Assembly: GCA_963618055.1 (NCBI GenBank)
Contig: CAVERI010000006.1
Location: 431 to 64,430 of the forward strand
DNA: 64,000 nucleotides
From: a bacterium
Lineage (GTDB): Bacteria; Bacillota; Clostridia; Christensenellales; Aristaeellaceae
Direction: 5' to 3'
The notes under the pieces were generated by a model. That model saw only the letters and a list, made by a program, of their open reading frames with translations, was not told the DNA's origin and made no database searches. Shown piece after piece: positions 7,445 to 16,412 of the stretch (position 1 is its first letter; each line of letters opens with the position of its first letter). The position numbers and the translations under genes were made by a program.

Positions 7445-9139
7445 TTACACGTCCTTGGTCTTCAGGGTCACGCTGTGGTGATACGGCGTGAAGGCGGTCA
7501 TGGCGATAAAGAAGTGGTCATCGTCCACGCCCAGCGTGCCGCGAAGGTGCTCGCCCGCGTGATGCGCGCGGAAGCCGCCCTGCACGGAGAAGCCGGAGTG
7601 ATCGTCGAAGATGTATTCCGAATCGCCCTTCTGGAAGAAGTAGTCGCCGCCGTGCGTGCGGGCGATCAGGCTGTCGGTCAGATAATGTCCGCCCGGCTCA
7701 AACAGAAGCTCCAGCTTGCTGGGGATGTTTTCGCAGCCCTCGCCGGATACGTCCAGCGTCATGCCGTCCGAAAGCAGGTGAATGCGAACAACCATGTTCA
7801 AGTCCTGCATGGCGACGTTTTCGCGCTTGGAGTGATCCATCTTTGTCCAGTCGCTGGTTTCGGGCTTCTCGGGCAGCGGGCGCTTGTAGCCCCAGCGGTC
7901 GTGGAAGCGCAGCTCGTAGCCGTCCTCGGTCCGGGTAAGTGTCTGCGCGGCGAACTGGCCGCGGGCGAAGAAGGAGCCCGCCATTCGCACGTAGCCCGCG
8001 TGGTTCTTATACTGAAACTTGATGAACACCGGGCGCTCCTTAACGATGGTCAGCGCGAAATCGCCCTCGCGGAAGCGCGCCACGCCGCTGGCCTCGTAGA
8101 AGCGGTTGAAGCTGAAGCTCGGCGCGGCCGGCTGAATTTTCGCAAGCCGCGCGCGAAGGCCGGGGTTCAGAAGCATTTCGGAAAACTGCTCGCAGTACGG
8201 AGAGCTGGAGCGCTGTTTAAGCGAGAACTGACCGCAGTACGACGCGCAGGAGCCTCCTCCAAGCTGCTCCAGCATGCGGTCTGCCACCCACGCGAACTCA
8301 CCGTCGCCGGTCACCAGCGCCATTTGGAGGAAATTGCCGTAGTACATCGTCCAGTCGGGCGCCTTGCCCACGTCCTGCCGACGGGAGTTGATGGTGGAAA
8401 GCGTGCCGTCCGGCTCCACGTAGGTGAGAATCATGCGCAGGTTGCGCTTCACGTGCTCGTACAGCTCGGGCATATCCAGCTCCCGCGCCATCATGCTCAG
8501 CGAGCGGTCGCAGATGGCGTTGTACATGCCGGAGGAGCGTTCGGTGTATTCGCCGTTTTCATCGCAGTCAATGCCCTCGCGCAGGAAGTCGTCGATGTGC
8601 GCGCGGCAGTCCTCGCGTCCAAGCAGCCGCCAGCAATAGGCCAGCGCGGCGCTGATGACCCAGCGGTGGTTGGGCGTGTGGAAGCCCAGATTGACCATGG
8701 AATCCGCCGCGCCGTTCAGATAGCGCAGAATTTCGGCCTCCAGCGCGTCCTCGTCGGGTGTGTGGCGCGTGAACGCCTTCATGACCTTGCAGGCCGGGCC
8801 AAGCTCATGCACGGTGAAGGCGGTCTCCGCGGAATCGTGGAAGTTTGTTTCCAAGAGGTCGAGCGAGCCGTCCTCGTGCTGGCGGGCGTTCGTCCAGCGC
8901 ATGGCCAAAAGCGCGCGGCGCAGGAGCGTGTCGTCGTGATAATAGCGGGAGTCGGGCGTGTAATACGCCTCTGCGAACTGCTTTGTCAGTGAAATGCCGG
9001 TGCAGGGCTCGTTGTAGCCGCGGGCGACGTCCCAGAACGTGCCATAGCTGGCGCTGGCCTCGTCCATGCATTGCAGGCGCAGGCTGTTTTCCACACACTC
9101 GTCCATAAAATGTACGTTGGCCAGATAATGATTCAGCAT
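7445..9139 (-). CDS. uncharacterised cytoplasmic two-domain protein, paralog A (helical N-terminal half, beta-rich C-terminal half; possibly a polysaccharide-lyase/heparinase II/III-like fold)
   Basis: 564-aa ORF with good codon bias and no signal peptide. Motifs include DGSLDLLETNFHDS, GFHTPNHRW and INSRRQD. The family assignment is from memory of alpha/alpha-toroid lyases only, so confidence in the product is low. Confidence 0.75.
   Translation of the reverse strand: MLNHYLANVHFMDECVENSLRLQCMDEASASYGTFWDVARGYNEPCTGISLTKQFAEAYYTPDSRYYHDDTLLRRALLAMRWTNARQHEDGSLDLLETNFHDSAETAFTVHELGPACKVMKAFTRHTPDEDALEAEILRYLNGAADSMVNLGFHTPNHRWVISAALAYCWRLLGREDCRAHIDDFLREGIDCDENGEYTERSSGMYNAICDRSLSMMARELDMPELYEHVKRNLRMILTYVEPDGTLSTINSRRQDVGKAPDWTMYYGNFLQMALVTGDGEFAWVADRMLEQLGGGSCASYCGQFSLKQRSSSPYCEQFSEMLLNPGLRARLAKIQPAAPSFSFNRFYEASGVARFREGDFALTIVKERPVFIKFQYKNHAGYVRMAGSFFARGQFAAQTLTRTEDGYELRFHDRWGYKRPLPEKPETSDWTKMDHSKRENVAMQDLNMVVRIHLLSDGMTLDVSGEGCENIPSKLELLFEPGGHYLTDSLIARTHGGDYFFQKGDSEYIFDDHSGFSVQGGFRAHHAGEHLRGTLGVDDDHFFIAMTAFTPYHHSVTLKTKDV
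7478..8103. repeat. 626-bp near-identical direct repeat, copy 1 (3-prime part of paralog A)
   Basis: Line-by-line comparison with 9182..9807 (offset 1704) is identical except for A7520 versus G9224, a synonymous Asp codon change. Identity drops abruptly outside the tract. Confidence 0.9.
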
Positions 9140-9148
9140 TTTGAATGC

Positions 9149-10819
9149 CTACCTTTCTATGGTTTTCACGGTCACATGCCCGTGATACGGCGTGAAGGCG
9201 GTCATGGCGATAAAGAAGTGGTCGTCGTCCACGCCCAGCGTGCCGCGAAGGTGCTCGCCCGCGTGATGCGCGCGGAAGCCGCCCTGCACGGAGAAGCCGG
9301 AGTGATCGTCGAAGATGTATTCCGAATCGCCCTTCTGGAAGAAGTAGTCGCCGCCGTGCGTGCGGGCGATCAGGCTGTCGGTCAGATAATGTCCGCCCGG
9401 CTCAAACAGAAGCTCCAGCTTGCTGGGGATGTTTTCGCAGCCCTCGCCGGATACGTCCAGCGTCATGCCGTCCGAAAGCAGGTGAATGCGAACAACCATG
9501 TTCAAGTCCTGCATGGCGACGTTTTCGCGCTTGGAGTGATCCATCTTTGTCCAGTCGCTGGTTTCGGGCTTCTCGGGCAGCGGGCGCTTGTAGCCCCAGC
9601 GGTCGTGGAAGCGCAGCTCGTAGCCGTCCTCGGTCCGGGTAAGTGTCTGCGCGGCGAACTGGCCGCGGGCGAAGAAGGAGCCCGCCATTCGCACGTAGCC
9701 CGCGTGGTTCTTATACTGAAACTTGATGAACACCGGGCGCTCCTTAACGATGGTCAGCGCGAAATCGCCCTCGCGGAAGCGCGCCACGCCGCTGGCCTCG
9801 TAGAAGCAATTGTAGTTGAAGCTCGGCGCGGTCGGCGCAATCGCGTCGAAGCCGTCGCGGTAGGCCGGGTTCAGAAGCATTTCGGCGAACTGCTCGAAAT
9901 ACGTAAGCTCGCGGCTCGTGGGCTTCGCTTCGCGCGTTTCTATCTGCGCGAGCATGCGGTCTGCCACCCACGCAAATTCGCCGTCGCCGGTCAAAATCGC
10001 CATTTCGAGGAAATTGCTGTAGTAGCCGCACCAGTCGGACGCCTTGCCCATGTCCTGCCGGCGGGAGTTGATGGTGGACATCGTGTCGTCCGGCTCCACA
10101 TAGGTAAGAATCATGCGCAGGTTGCGTTTCACGTGCTCGTACAGCTCGGGCATGTCCAGCTCGCGCGCCATGACCAGCAGGGAGCGGTTGCATATGAAGT
10201 TGTAATTTCCGGCGGAGCGCTCGGTGTATTCGCCGTTTTCGTCGCAGTCAATGCCCTCGCGCAGGAAATCGTCGATGTGCGCGCGGCAGTCCTCGCGGCC
10301 AAGCAAATGCCAGCAGTAGGCCAGTGACGCGCTGATCGCCCAGCGGTGGTTGGGCGTGTGGAAGCCCAGATTCACCATCGCGTCCGCCGCGCCGCTTAAA
10401 TAGCGCCGCACGGCGGTTTCCAGCGCGTCCTCGGCGGGCGTGTGCCGCGTGAGCGCCTTCATGGCCTTGTATGCCGGGCCAAGGTCGAACACGCTGAACG
10501 CGCTTTCGCAGGAATCATGAAAATTGGTCTCCAGAAGGTCAATCGAGCCGTCCTCGTACTGACGGGAAATGGAAAACTCCACGGCCAGCCGCGCGCGCTC
10601 GAGCAGGCGCGCGTCGCCGGAGAATTTCGATTCCGGCGTGTAATACGCCTCGATCAGCTGCTTCGCCATATGCACGCCGCCGATGGCCAGATTAAGCCCG
10701 GTCGCCACGTTTAGGAACGTGCCGCGGCATGGGCTGTCCGCCTCCGTGCGCTGCAATTCAAAAAGCCGCTCCACATTGGCGTCCAAAAGTCGAACATTTG
10801 CAAGATAGTGATTTTGCAT
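9149..10819 (-). CDS. uncharacterised cytoplasmic two-domain protein, paralog B (tandem duplicate of 7445..9139)
   Basis: 556-aa ORF, collinear with paralog A. The C-terminal 200-plus aa are identical and the N-terminal half is clearly diverged. There is only a 9-nt gap to paralog A. Confidence 0.75.
   Translation of the reverse strand: MQNHYLANVRLLDANVERLFELQRTEADSPCRGTFLNVATGLNLAIGGVHMAKQLIEAYYTPESKFSGDARLLERARLAVEFSISRQYEDGSIDLLETNFHDSCESAFSVFDLGPAYKAMKALTRHTPAEDALETAVRRYLSGAADAMVNLGFHTPNHRWAISASLAYCWHLLGREDCRAHIDDFLREGIDCDENGEYTERSAGNYNFICNRSLLVMARELDMPELYEHVKRNLRMILTYVEPDDTMSTINSRRQDMGKASDWCGYYSNFLEMAILTGDGEFAWVADRMLAQIETREAKPTSRELTYFEQFAEMLLNPAYRDGFDAIAPTAPSFNYNCFYEASGVARFREGDFALTIVKERPVFIKFQYKNHAGYVRMAGSFFARGQFAAQTLTRTEDGYELRFHDRWGYKRPLPEKPETSDWTKMDHSKRENVAMQDLNMVVRIHLLSDGMTLDVSGEGCENIPSKLELLFEPGGHYLTDSLIARTHGGDYFFQKGDSEYIFDDHSGFSVQGGFRAHHAGEHLRGTLGVDDDHFFIAMTAFTPYHGHVTVKTIER
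9182..9807. repeat. 626-bp near-identical direct repeat, copy 2 (3-prime part of paralog B)
   Basis: See copy 1. Confidence 0.9.
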
Positions 10820-10867
10820 GATGCTTCCCTCGCAATTTCCACACGTATTTGAGAAAATGATAGCACG

Positions 10868-10900
10868 CGCCCCCGTTCATGTCAACCTTGAACGGGGGCG
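10868..10900 (-). terminator. putative terminator downstream of the aminopeptidase gene
   Basis: A 12-bp stem, CGCCCCCGTTCA / TGAACGGGGGCG, with a 9-nt loop. On the minus strand the T-rich run (ATCATTTTCTC) begins a few nt after the stem. Confidence 0.55.
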
Positions 10901-10947
10901 CATCGTTCGATTTGCAAACTGCTTTCGCTTCGTTGCAATGTGAAAAA

Positions 10948-12192
10948 TTACCGGCCTGCGCCGTCCGCCCAGCTGCCGTTTGTGAAGATGTCGGCGGTCG
11001 TGCCGTCGGCGCGGTGGCCGACGATGCGCAGGTCGTCCGAGCCGATCATGAAGTCCACGTGAATCAGCGAATCGTTGATGCCGCGCTTCAGAAGCTCGTC
11101 CTGCGACAAATCCAGATAGCCGTCCAGCACCTCGCCGAAGCCCTGACCGACGGCCATATGGCAGCAGGCGTTTTCGTCAAACAGGGTGTTGAGGAACAGA
11201 AGGCCGGTCTGGTTGATCGGCGATTCCTTCGGCACCAGCGCCACCTCGCCCAGCATCGAAGCGCCCTCGTCCATGCGGAACATCCTTTCGAGAATCTCGC
11301 CGCCCTTCCTCGCGCGGCACGAAGCTACGCGGCCGTTTTCAAAGCGCACCGTGAAATCCTCAATCAGCTGTCCCGCCCAGCTCAGCGGCTTGGTCGCCAC
11401 CAGTGTGCCCTCGCAGTCGCCGCGCATGGGGCTGGTGAAGACCTCCTCGGTGGGCATGTTGGGCACGTAGTACGCGCCGTTTTCGTGGTTCACGTCGCCC
11501 GCGCCGCACCATTTCGCGCCCGGAATCAGGCCGACGCGGAAATTGGTGCCGTTCGTGCTTTCATAGGTAAGATGCGTGAAGCTCTGCGCGTTCAGCCAGC
11601 GCGCCCGCGCCTCGCACGCGGCGCTGTGCGCCTGCCAGATTTCCACCGGGTCTTCCGCGCGATCCAGATACACGCAGTGCAGAATCGCGTCCCACAGCCG
11701 TTGCACGGCCTCGTCCTCCGGAAGGTGCGGGAACACCTTGTGCGCCCACGCCGGGGACGCGGCGGCGACGATCAGCCACTGGTGGCGGCCGTCGATGCGG
11801 TCGCGGTACGGCTTCAGCACCTTGCCGCGCATGCGGCGAACCTCGGAAAGCACGTCGGCGGAGATGCCGCGCAGCTCGTCCGGGTCGGCGGAGGCGATCA
11901 TGATGCGCACGGGAAGTGTCTCGGCCATTTCCTTCGCGCGCGCTTCCTCCCATTCGCGCACCGTGCCCAACGTCCGCGCGTCGGCATACTGATAGTGCAG
12001 CCGGTTCACCGGGCCGCAGCTCCACGTGACGTCCACGTATTTTGCGCCCGCCTTATAGCATTCCTCCACGACCGCGCGCACCAGCTCCGCCTGATCGATC
12101 TCCGCGGTCACGCGAACCTCCTGCCCCTTCTGCACGTTCGCGCCGATGCGAACGATGACGCGCGCGTATTTTTCAAAATCGATGTGTCCCAT
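10948..12192 (-). CDS. M29-family aminopeptidase (AmpS/PepS type)
   Basis: 414 aa. YARVIVRIGANVQKGQEV..., EVFTSP, MLGEVALVP and NTLFDENACCHMAVGQGF match thermophilic metalloaminopeptidase M29 signatures. RBS GGGAGGA lies 7 nt upstream. Confidence 0.9.
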   Translation of the reverse strand: MGHIDFEKYARVIVRIGANVQKGQEVRVTAEIDQAELVRAVVEECYKAGAKYVDVTWSCGPVNRLHYQYADARTLGTVREWEEARAKEMAETLPVRIMIASADPDELRGISADVLSEVRRMRGKVLKPYRDRIDGRHQWLIVAAASPAWAHKVFPHLPEDEAVQRLWDAILHCVYLDRAEDPVEIWQAHSAACEARARWLNAQSFTHLTYESTNGTNFRVGLIPGAKWCGAGDVNHENGAYYVPNMPTEEVFTSPMRGDCEGTLVATKPLSWAGQLIEDFTVRFENGRVASCRARKGGEILERMFRMDEGASMLGEVALVPKESPINQTGLLFLNTLFDENACCHMAVGQGFGEVLDGYLDLSQDELLKRGINDSLIHVDFMIGSDDLRIVGHRADGTTADIFTNGSWADGAGR

Positions 12193-12245
12193 GTGAATGT
12201 CCTCCCTGTGTGTCCTTCTGTGTCAGCCGCGCCGGAAAGAGGCGG

Positions 12246-13232
12246 CTATTCGCGAACGCCGCGCTGCGTGAAATCGATGTGGATGGCCGTGCCGCGCCCC
12301 GGCTCGGATTCGGCGGAAATGGCGTGGCCGAGCTTCGTGAGCACCTTTTTGCTCAGATACAGCCCGATGCCGCTCGCCTTCAGGTCGCTGCGTCCGTTTA
12401 GCCCCGTGTAGCCCTTTTCGAACACGCGCGGCAGATCCTCCGGCGCGATGCCGATGCCCGTGTCCTGAATTGTGAGCGTGTTCGGCGCGGAGCGGTAAAT
12501 GCGAATGCCGCCCTCAGGCGTGTACTTGAGCGCGTTTGAAAGAATCTGCTCCAGCACGAACACCAGCCATTTTTCGTCGCTCACGGCGGAAAGCCCGGTT
12601 TCCTCGTAGGTCAGCTTCAGCCTGCGCGCGATAAACTCTCCGGCGAACGGCCGCACGGCGCGCTTCACCGCGTCGTCGATGCACAGCCTGCGCAAAAGAT
12701 AGTCCGTCGACGGCGATTCCACGCGCAGGTAGGCCATCACCATTTCCACATAGCGCTCCACGCGCATAAGGTCGCTTAAAAGCCTTCGCGAAAGCGGCGA
12801 ATCCTCGTTTTTCAGGTTCAGGCGCATGGCGGCAATGGGCGTTTTGATCTGGTGCGCCCACGTGGTGTAGTAATCGCACATATCCTGATAGCGCCGATCC
12901 TGCCGCGTCTGCCGTTCGGCTTCACGCGCTTCCAGCATCTGAAGCAGCGCCTGATAGTCCGCCTCCAGCGCGTCGGCGGGCGCGGGCAGCTCGAATGCCA
13001 TTCCTTCCTCAAACCTCAAAAGCCGCGCAAGCTGCGCGTGCCGCCGCCGGAATTTCAGAAAATCCGCCGTGAGCGCGCCCAGCCCGATCAGCGCGGCCAG
13101 CGCCGAGGGATACAAAAGCGCCTGCCTTGGCATCCCATACAGAAAAAACACCAGCGGGAACGCGAGCAGCGCCGCCGCGAACGCGCACAGGGGCAGGCGG
13201 CGGGAGCGCAGGTAGGCAAGAAAGAACCGCAT
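12246..13232 (-). CDS. BceS-type (intramembrane-sensing) sensor histidine kinase
   Basis: Two N-terminal TM helices with almost no external loop, H-box WAHQIKTPIAAMRL, N box ILSNALKYTPEGG, and G boxes QDTGIGI and GIGLYL. Confidence 0.9.
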   Translation of the reverse strand: MRFFLAYLRSRRLPLCAFAAALLAFPLVFFLYGMPRQALLYPSALAALIGLGALTADFLKFRRRHAQLARLLRFEEGMAFELPAPADALEADYQALLQMLEAREAERQTRQDRRYQDMCDYYTTWAHQIKTPIAAMRLNLKNEDSPLSRRLLSDLMRVERYVEMVMAYLRVESPSTDYLLRRLCIDDAVKRAVRPFAGEFIARRLKLTYEETGLSAVSDEKWLVFVLEQILSNALKYTPEGGIRIYRSAPNTLTIQDTGIGIAPEDLPRVFEKGYTGLNGRSDLKASGIGLYLSKKVLTKLGHAISAESEPGRGTAIHIDFTQRGVRE

Positions 13233-13241
13233 GCGCGCCTC

Positions 13242-13913
13242 CTATTCGATGATGTAGCCCACGCCGAAGCGCGTGGCGATAAAGCCGGTCAGCCCGGCCG
13301 CGTCCAGCTTTTTGCGCAGGCGGTTCACGTTCACCGTCAGCGTGTTTTCGTCCACAAAGCTATCCGTCTCCCACAGGCGCTCCATCAGCTTTTCGCGGCT
13401 TACCACGTTCCCGCGCTTCTCCATCAGCGCCAGCAGAATGCGAAGCTCGTTGCGCGTGAGCTCGATCGTCCTTCCCTCATATTTCAGCGTGCCGCTGCCG
13501 GCGTCCAGCACCGCCCCGCGATGCGAAAGCAGCGGAGACGGCTGCGCGAAGTCGTAGGCGCGCCGAAGCAGCGCCTGAATTTTTGCCATCAGTACGCTCA
13601 TGTCAAACGGCTTGGCAATAAAATCGTCGCCGCCCATGTTCATGGCCATTACGATGTTCATGTTGTCCGCCGCCGACGACAGGAAGATAATCGGCACGCG
13701 CGAGGTTTTGCGAATTTCGCCGCACCAGTAATAGCCGCTGAAAAACGGAAGCCCGATGTCCATCAGCACGATGTGCGGCTGAAATTGGGCGGCCTCCCCG
13801 GCCACGTCTCGGAAGTCCGACGCGATACGCACGTCGAACGCCCACCTTTCCGCCTGCGAGGCCACTGCCTCGGCAATGCCCCGATCGTCCTCAACGATGA
13901 AAATCCGCTGCAC
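13242..13913 (-). CDS. OmpR-family response regulator (BceR-like)
   Basis: IFIVEDD...VLMDIGLPFFSGYYWCGEIRKTSRVPIIFLSSAADNMNIVMAMNMGGDDFIAKPF plus a winged-helix C-terminus. The ORF runs to 13922, but GTG 13913 has better spacing (8 nt) to GGAGG. Confidence 0.9.
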   Translation of the reverse strand: MQRIFIVEDDRGIAEAVASQAERWAFDVRIASDFRDVAGEAAQFQPHIVLMDIGLPFFSGYYWCGEIRKTSRVPIIFLSSAADNMNIVMAMNMGGDDFIAKPFDMSVLMAKIQALLRRAYDFAQPSPLLSHRGAVLDAGSGTLKYEGRTIELTRNELRILLALMEKRGNVVSREKLMERLWETDSFVDENTLTVNVNRLRKKLDAAGLTGFIATRFGVGYIIE

Positions 13914-13995
13914 GCGCGTCACCTCCGCCTTTTGCCTTGCCTACAGTATACCACACAATCCGCCGCGTGAAAAGCGCCGCCGTTTGGACGCATGC

Positions 13996-14035
13996 AAAAC
14001 CCGCCGCGCGTTCCCGGAGAAAGGGGCGCGGCGGG
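13996..14035 (-). terminator. intrinsic terminator after the flavoprotein gene
   Basis: CCCGCCGCGC (14000-14009) pairs with GCGCGGCGGG (14026-14035). On the minus strand the hairpin is followed by TTTT (13996-13999). Confidence 0.7.
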
Positions 14036-14042
14036 GGAGAGG

Positions 14043-15287
14043 TCAGTTAGCTGCGGCGGATTTTCCGGCGAGCGCGCCGGTGGAGAAGGCAATTTGCAGG
14101 TTGAAGCCGCCGGTCAGCGCGTCCACATCCAGCACCTCGCCCGCGAAGTACAGGCCGGGCAGCAGGCGGGATTCCATGGTGGAGGGGTTCACGCCCTTCA
14201 CCTGCACGCCGCCGCGGGTGATGATGGCCTCGTTCATGCCGCGCAGCGCCTTCACCGTGAGCGGCACGGCCTTGAGCGTTTTCACAAGGCGCTTGCGCTC
14301 GACGGCGGTCACGCCGTTAATGGGCTGATAGGGCGACAGGTCGCACAGCTCAAGGATCATTTCGCCCAGCGCGTGGGGCTCAAGGCCGTCCATGCACGTG
14401 CCAAGGCGCTTGTTTTTCATCTGCGAGAAGTCGCGCAGGATGCGCTGATCGAGCGCGCCCTCGTCCAGCGCGGGCTTCAGGTCGATAGACAGGCGAACGC
14501 CGGAAACGCTCTCGGGCAGGATGCTGGAAAGCGTTAAGACCAGCGGGCCGGACACGCCGAAATGCGTGAACAGCATTTCGCCCATTTCGGAGAACAGCCT
14601 TTTCGGCTTGCCGCCGGTTTCCTGATACGCCGACAGGACGACGTTTTTCAGGCTCAACCCCATCAGCCGTTCCGGCCACGCTTCCACCGTTTCGATGGAG
14701 GTGAGCGCCGGGCGGCAGGGGGCAATGGCGTGCCCCGCGTCCTTCGCGAAGACGTAGCCGTCGCCGGTAGAGCCGGTGGTGGGATAGCTCAGGCCGCCGG
14801 TGGCGACGATGACGGAATCAAAGGCATACGTGCGGCCGTCCTCGGTTTCCACGCCCGCGGCGCGGCCGTTTTCCGACAGTACGCGCTTGACGCGCTCGTT
14901 CAGAAGCACCTTCACGCCCAGACGGCGAATTTCCCGTTCCAGCGCCAGCGTAATGTCGCTGGCGTGGTCGCTTTCCGGGAACACGCGCTCGCCGCGCTCC
15001 ACCTTCAGGCGCACGCCGAGCTCCTCCAGAAGCGCCATCAGGCCGGTGTTATCCAGCGTCGCAAGCGAGGCGTACAGGAAGCGCGGGTTTCGCACGATGT
15101 TTTTCATGAACGCTTCCGGCTCGGCGGCGTTGGTCACGTTGCAGCGCCCCTTGCCGGTGATGTAAATCTTTTTGCCCAGCTTTTCGTTGCGCTCAAAGAG
15201 CGTTGCGCTCGCGCCGGAGCGGGCGGCGTAAAGGGCGGCCATCAGCCCGGCCGCGCCGCCGCCGATTACGGCAATTCGCTTGGCCAT
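14043..15287 (-). CDS. HI0933/BaiN-like FAD-dependent oxidoreductase (aminoacetone oxidase family)
   Basis: N-terminal IAVIGGGAAGLMAALYAA...KKIYITGKGRCNVTN and C-terminal GLYFAGEVLDVDALTGGFNLQIAFSTG are typical of this family. Confidence 0.85.
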   Translation of the reverse strand: MAKRIAVIGGGAAGLMAALYAARSGASATLFERNEKLGKKIYITGKGRCNVTNAAEPEAFMKNIVRNPRFLYASLATLDNTGLMALLEELGVRLKVERGERVFPESDHASDITLALEREIRRLGVKVLLNERVKRVLSENGRAAGVETEDGRTYAFDSVIVATGGLSYPTTGSTGDGYVFAKDAGHAIAPCRPALTSIETVEAWPERLMGLSLKNVVLSAYQETGGKPKRLFSEMGEMLFTHFGVSGPLVLTLSSILPESVSGVRLSIDLKPALDEGALDQRILRDFSQMKNKRLGTCMDGLEPHALGEMILELCDLSPYQPINGVTAVERKRLVKTLKAVPLTVKALRGMNEAIITRGGVQVKGVNPSTMESRLLPGLYFAGEVLDVDALTGGFNLQIAFSTGALAGKSAAAN

Positions 15288-15290
15288 GGC

Positions 15291-16157
15291 TTATTCCCCG
15301 CTCTTTCCCAGATACACGCGGTATTCCGACCAGATGCTTTCCATCTTGTCGAAATAGTCGGTTACCTGCGTGCGGCGGCGCTGCGAGAGCGCCACGATCA
15401 GCGCGTTGATCAGCGAAATCGGCGCGGCCAGCGAGTCGACGAACGAGGCCATGTCGCTCTTCGCCATCAGGCACAGGTTCGCCTCCGCGTGCAGCGGGGA
15501 GAGCGGGCCGTCGGTAATGGCGATCAGCGTCGCGCCGCGGGAACGGGCGAATTTCATGGCCTTCACGGTGTGGCTGGTGTAGCGCGGGAAGGAGATGCCG
15601 ATCAGCACGTCCTCGTCGCTGATGCGGGCAATCTGCTCAAAAACGTCGGACACGCCGCTTGTAACGGTGTGCACGTTCGGGAAGATAAAGTTGAGATAGT
15701 GGCCGAAGAACTCCGCCAGCGGCGCGGAGGCGCGAAGGCCAAGCACGTAAACGTTGCGCGCCTGAAGAATGCTTTCGATCACAGCGTCGAAGGTGGCGAG
15801 ATCCAGCTCGTCCAGCGTGGTGCGGATGTTCTGAATGTCGGTCTTCAGCACCTTGTTCAGCACCTGCGCGTGCCCCATGTCGCCGGTCATTTCCAGCCGC
15901 TGCGTGGCGGTGAGACGATGCCGGATCAGCTCCTGCAGCGCCTTCTGCAGCTGGGGGAACCCGTCGTAGCCGAGCGCGGCGGCGAAGCGAACCACGGTGG
16001 ATTCCGAGACGCCCACGTATTCGCCCAGCTTCGAGGCCGTCATAAACGCGGCCTTGTCGTAATGGGTAACGATGCATTCGGCGATGCGCCGGTGGCTTTT
16101 TGAAAGGCGTTTGCCGCTGTGGTTCAATCGCTGCAGCAGCTCCTGCGCGTTGTCCAT
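15291..16157 (-). CDS. RpiR/MurR-family transcriptional regulator (HTH + SIS domain)
   Basis: N-terminal HTH_6 (LSKSHRRIAECIVTHYDKAAFMTASKLGEYVGVSESTVVRFA) followed by a SIS sugar-phosphate-binding domain. Confidence 0.9.
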   Translation of the reverse strand: MDNAQELLQRLNHSGKRLSKSHRRIAECIVTHYDKAAFMTASKLGEYVGVSESTVVRFAAALGYDGFPQLQKALQELIRHRLTATQRLEMTGDMGHAQVLNKVLKTDIQNIRTTLDELDLATFDAVIESILQARNVYVLGLRASAPLAEFFGHYLNFIFPNVHTVTSGVSDVFEQIARISDEDVLIGISFPRYTSHTVKAMKFARSRGATLIAITDGPLSPLHAEANLCLMAKSDMASFVDSLAAPISLINALIVALSQRRRTQVTDYFDKMESIWSEYRVYLGKSGE

Positions 16158-16192
16158 TGGAATGTACCTCCGTCCGGCAAGCGAAGTGTATG

Positions 16193-16241
16193 GCTTGCAA
16201 AATTATAGTCAGTATACCGCGTCATCGTAAATTTTGCAAGC
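16193..16241 (-). promoter_or_regulatory. rpiR promoter embraced by a perfect 12-bp inverted repeat (candidate operator)
   Basis: On the minus strand: TTGCAA (16234-16239), 17 nt, TATACT (16211-16216). GCTTGCAAAATT (16193-16204) and AATTTTGCAAGC (16230-16241) are exact reverse complements flanking the -10. Confidence 0.5.
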
Positions 16242-16363
16242 AATCCGTGAAAATCTGCCGTTTTTATCAAAATATTGCACATAAATAGAAAATTCTGCAT
16301 AATGCGCGCCGCCGCCGGATTCACTTTTCAGGAGCGGTTAGAGCCAGAGGATTTCCGGGAACG

Positions 16364-16400
16364 AAAAAGCCGGCGTCAGAATTCTGACGTCGACTTTTTT
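16364..16400. terminator. bidirectional intrinsic terminator (ends the ABC importer operon)
   Basis: Palindrome CGGCGTCAG-AATT-CTGACGTCG, flanked by A5 (16364-16368) and T6 (16395-16400). Confidence 0.75.
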
Positions 16401-16412
16401 GAGTGGCCTGCG

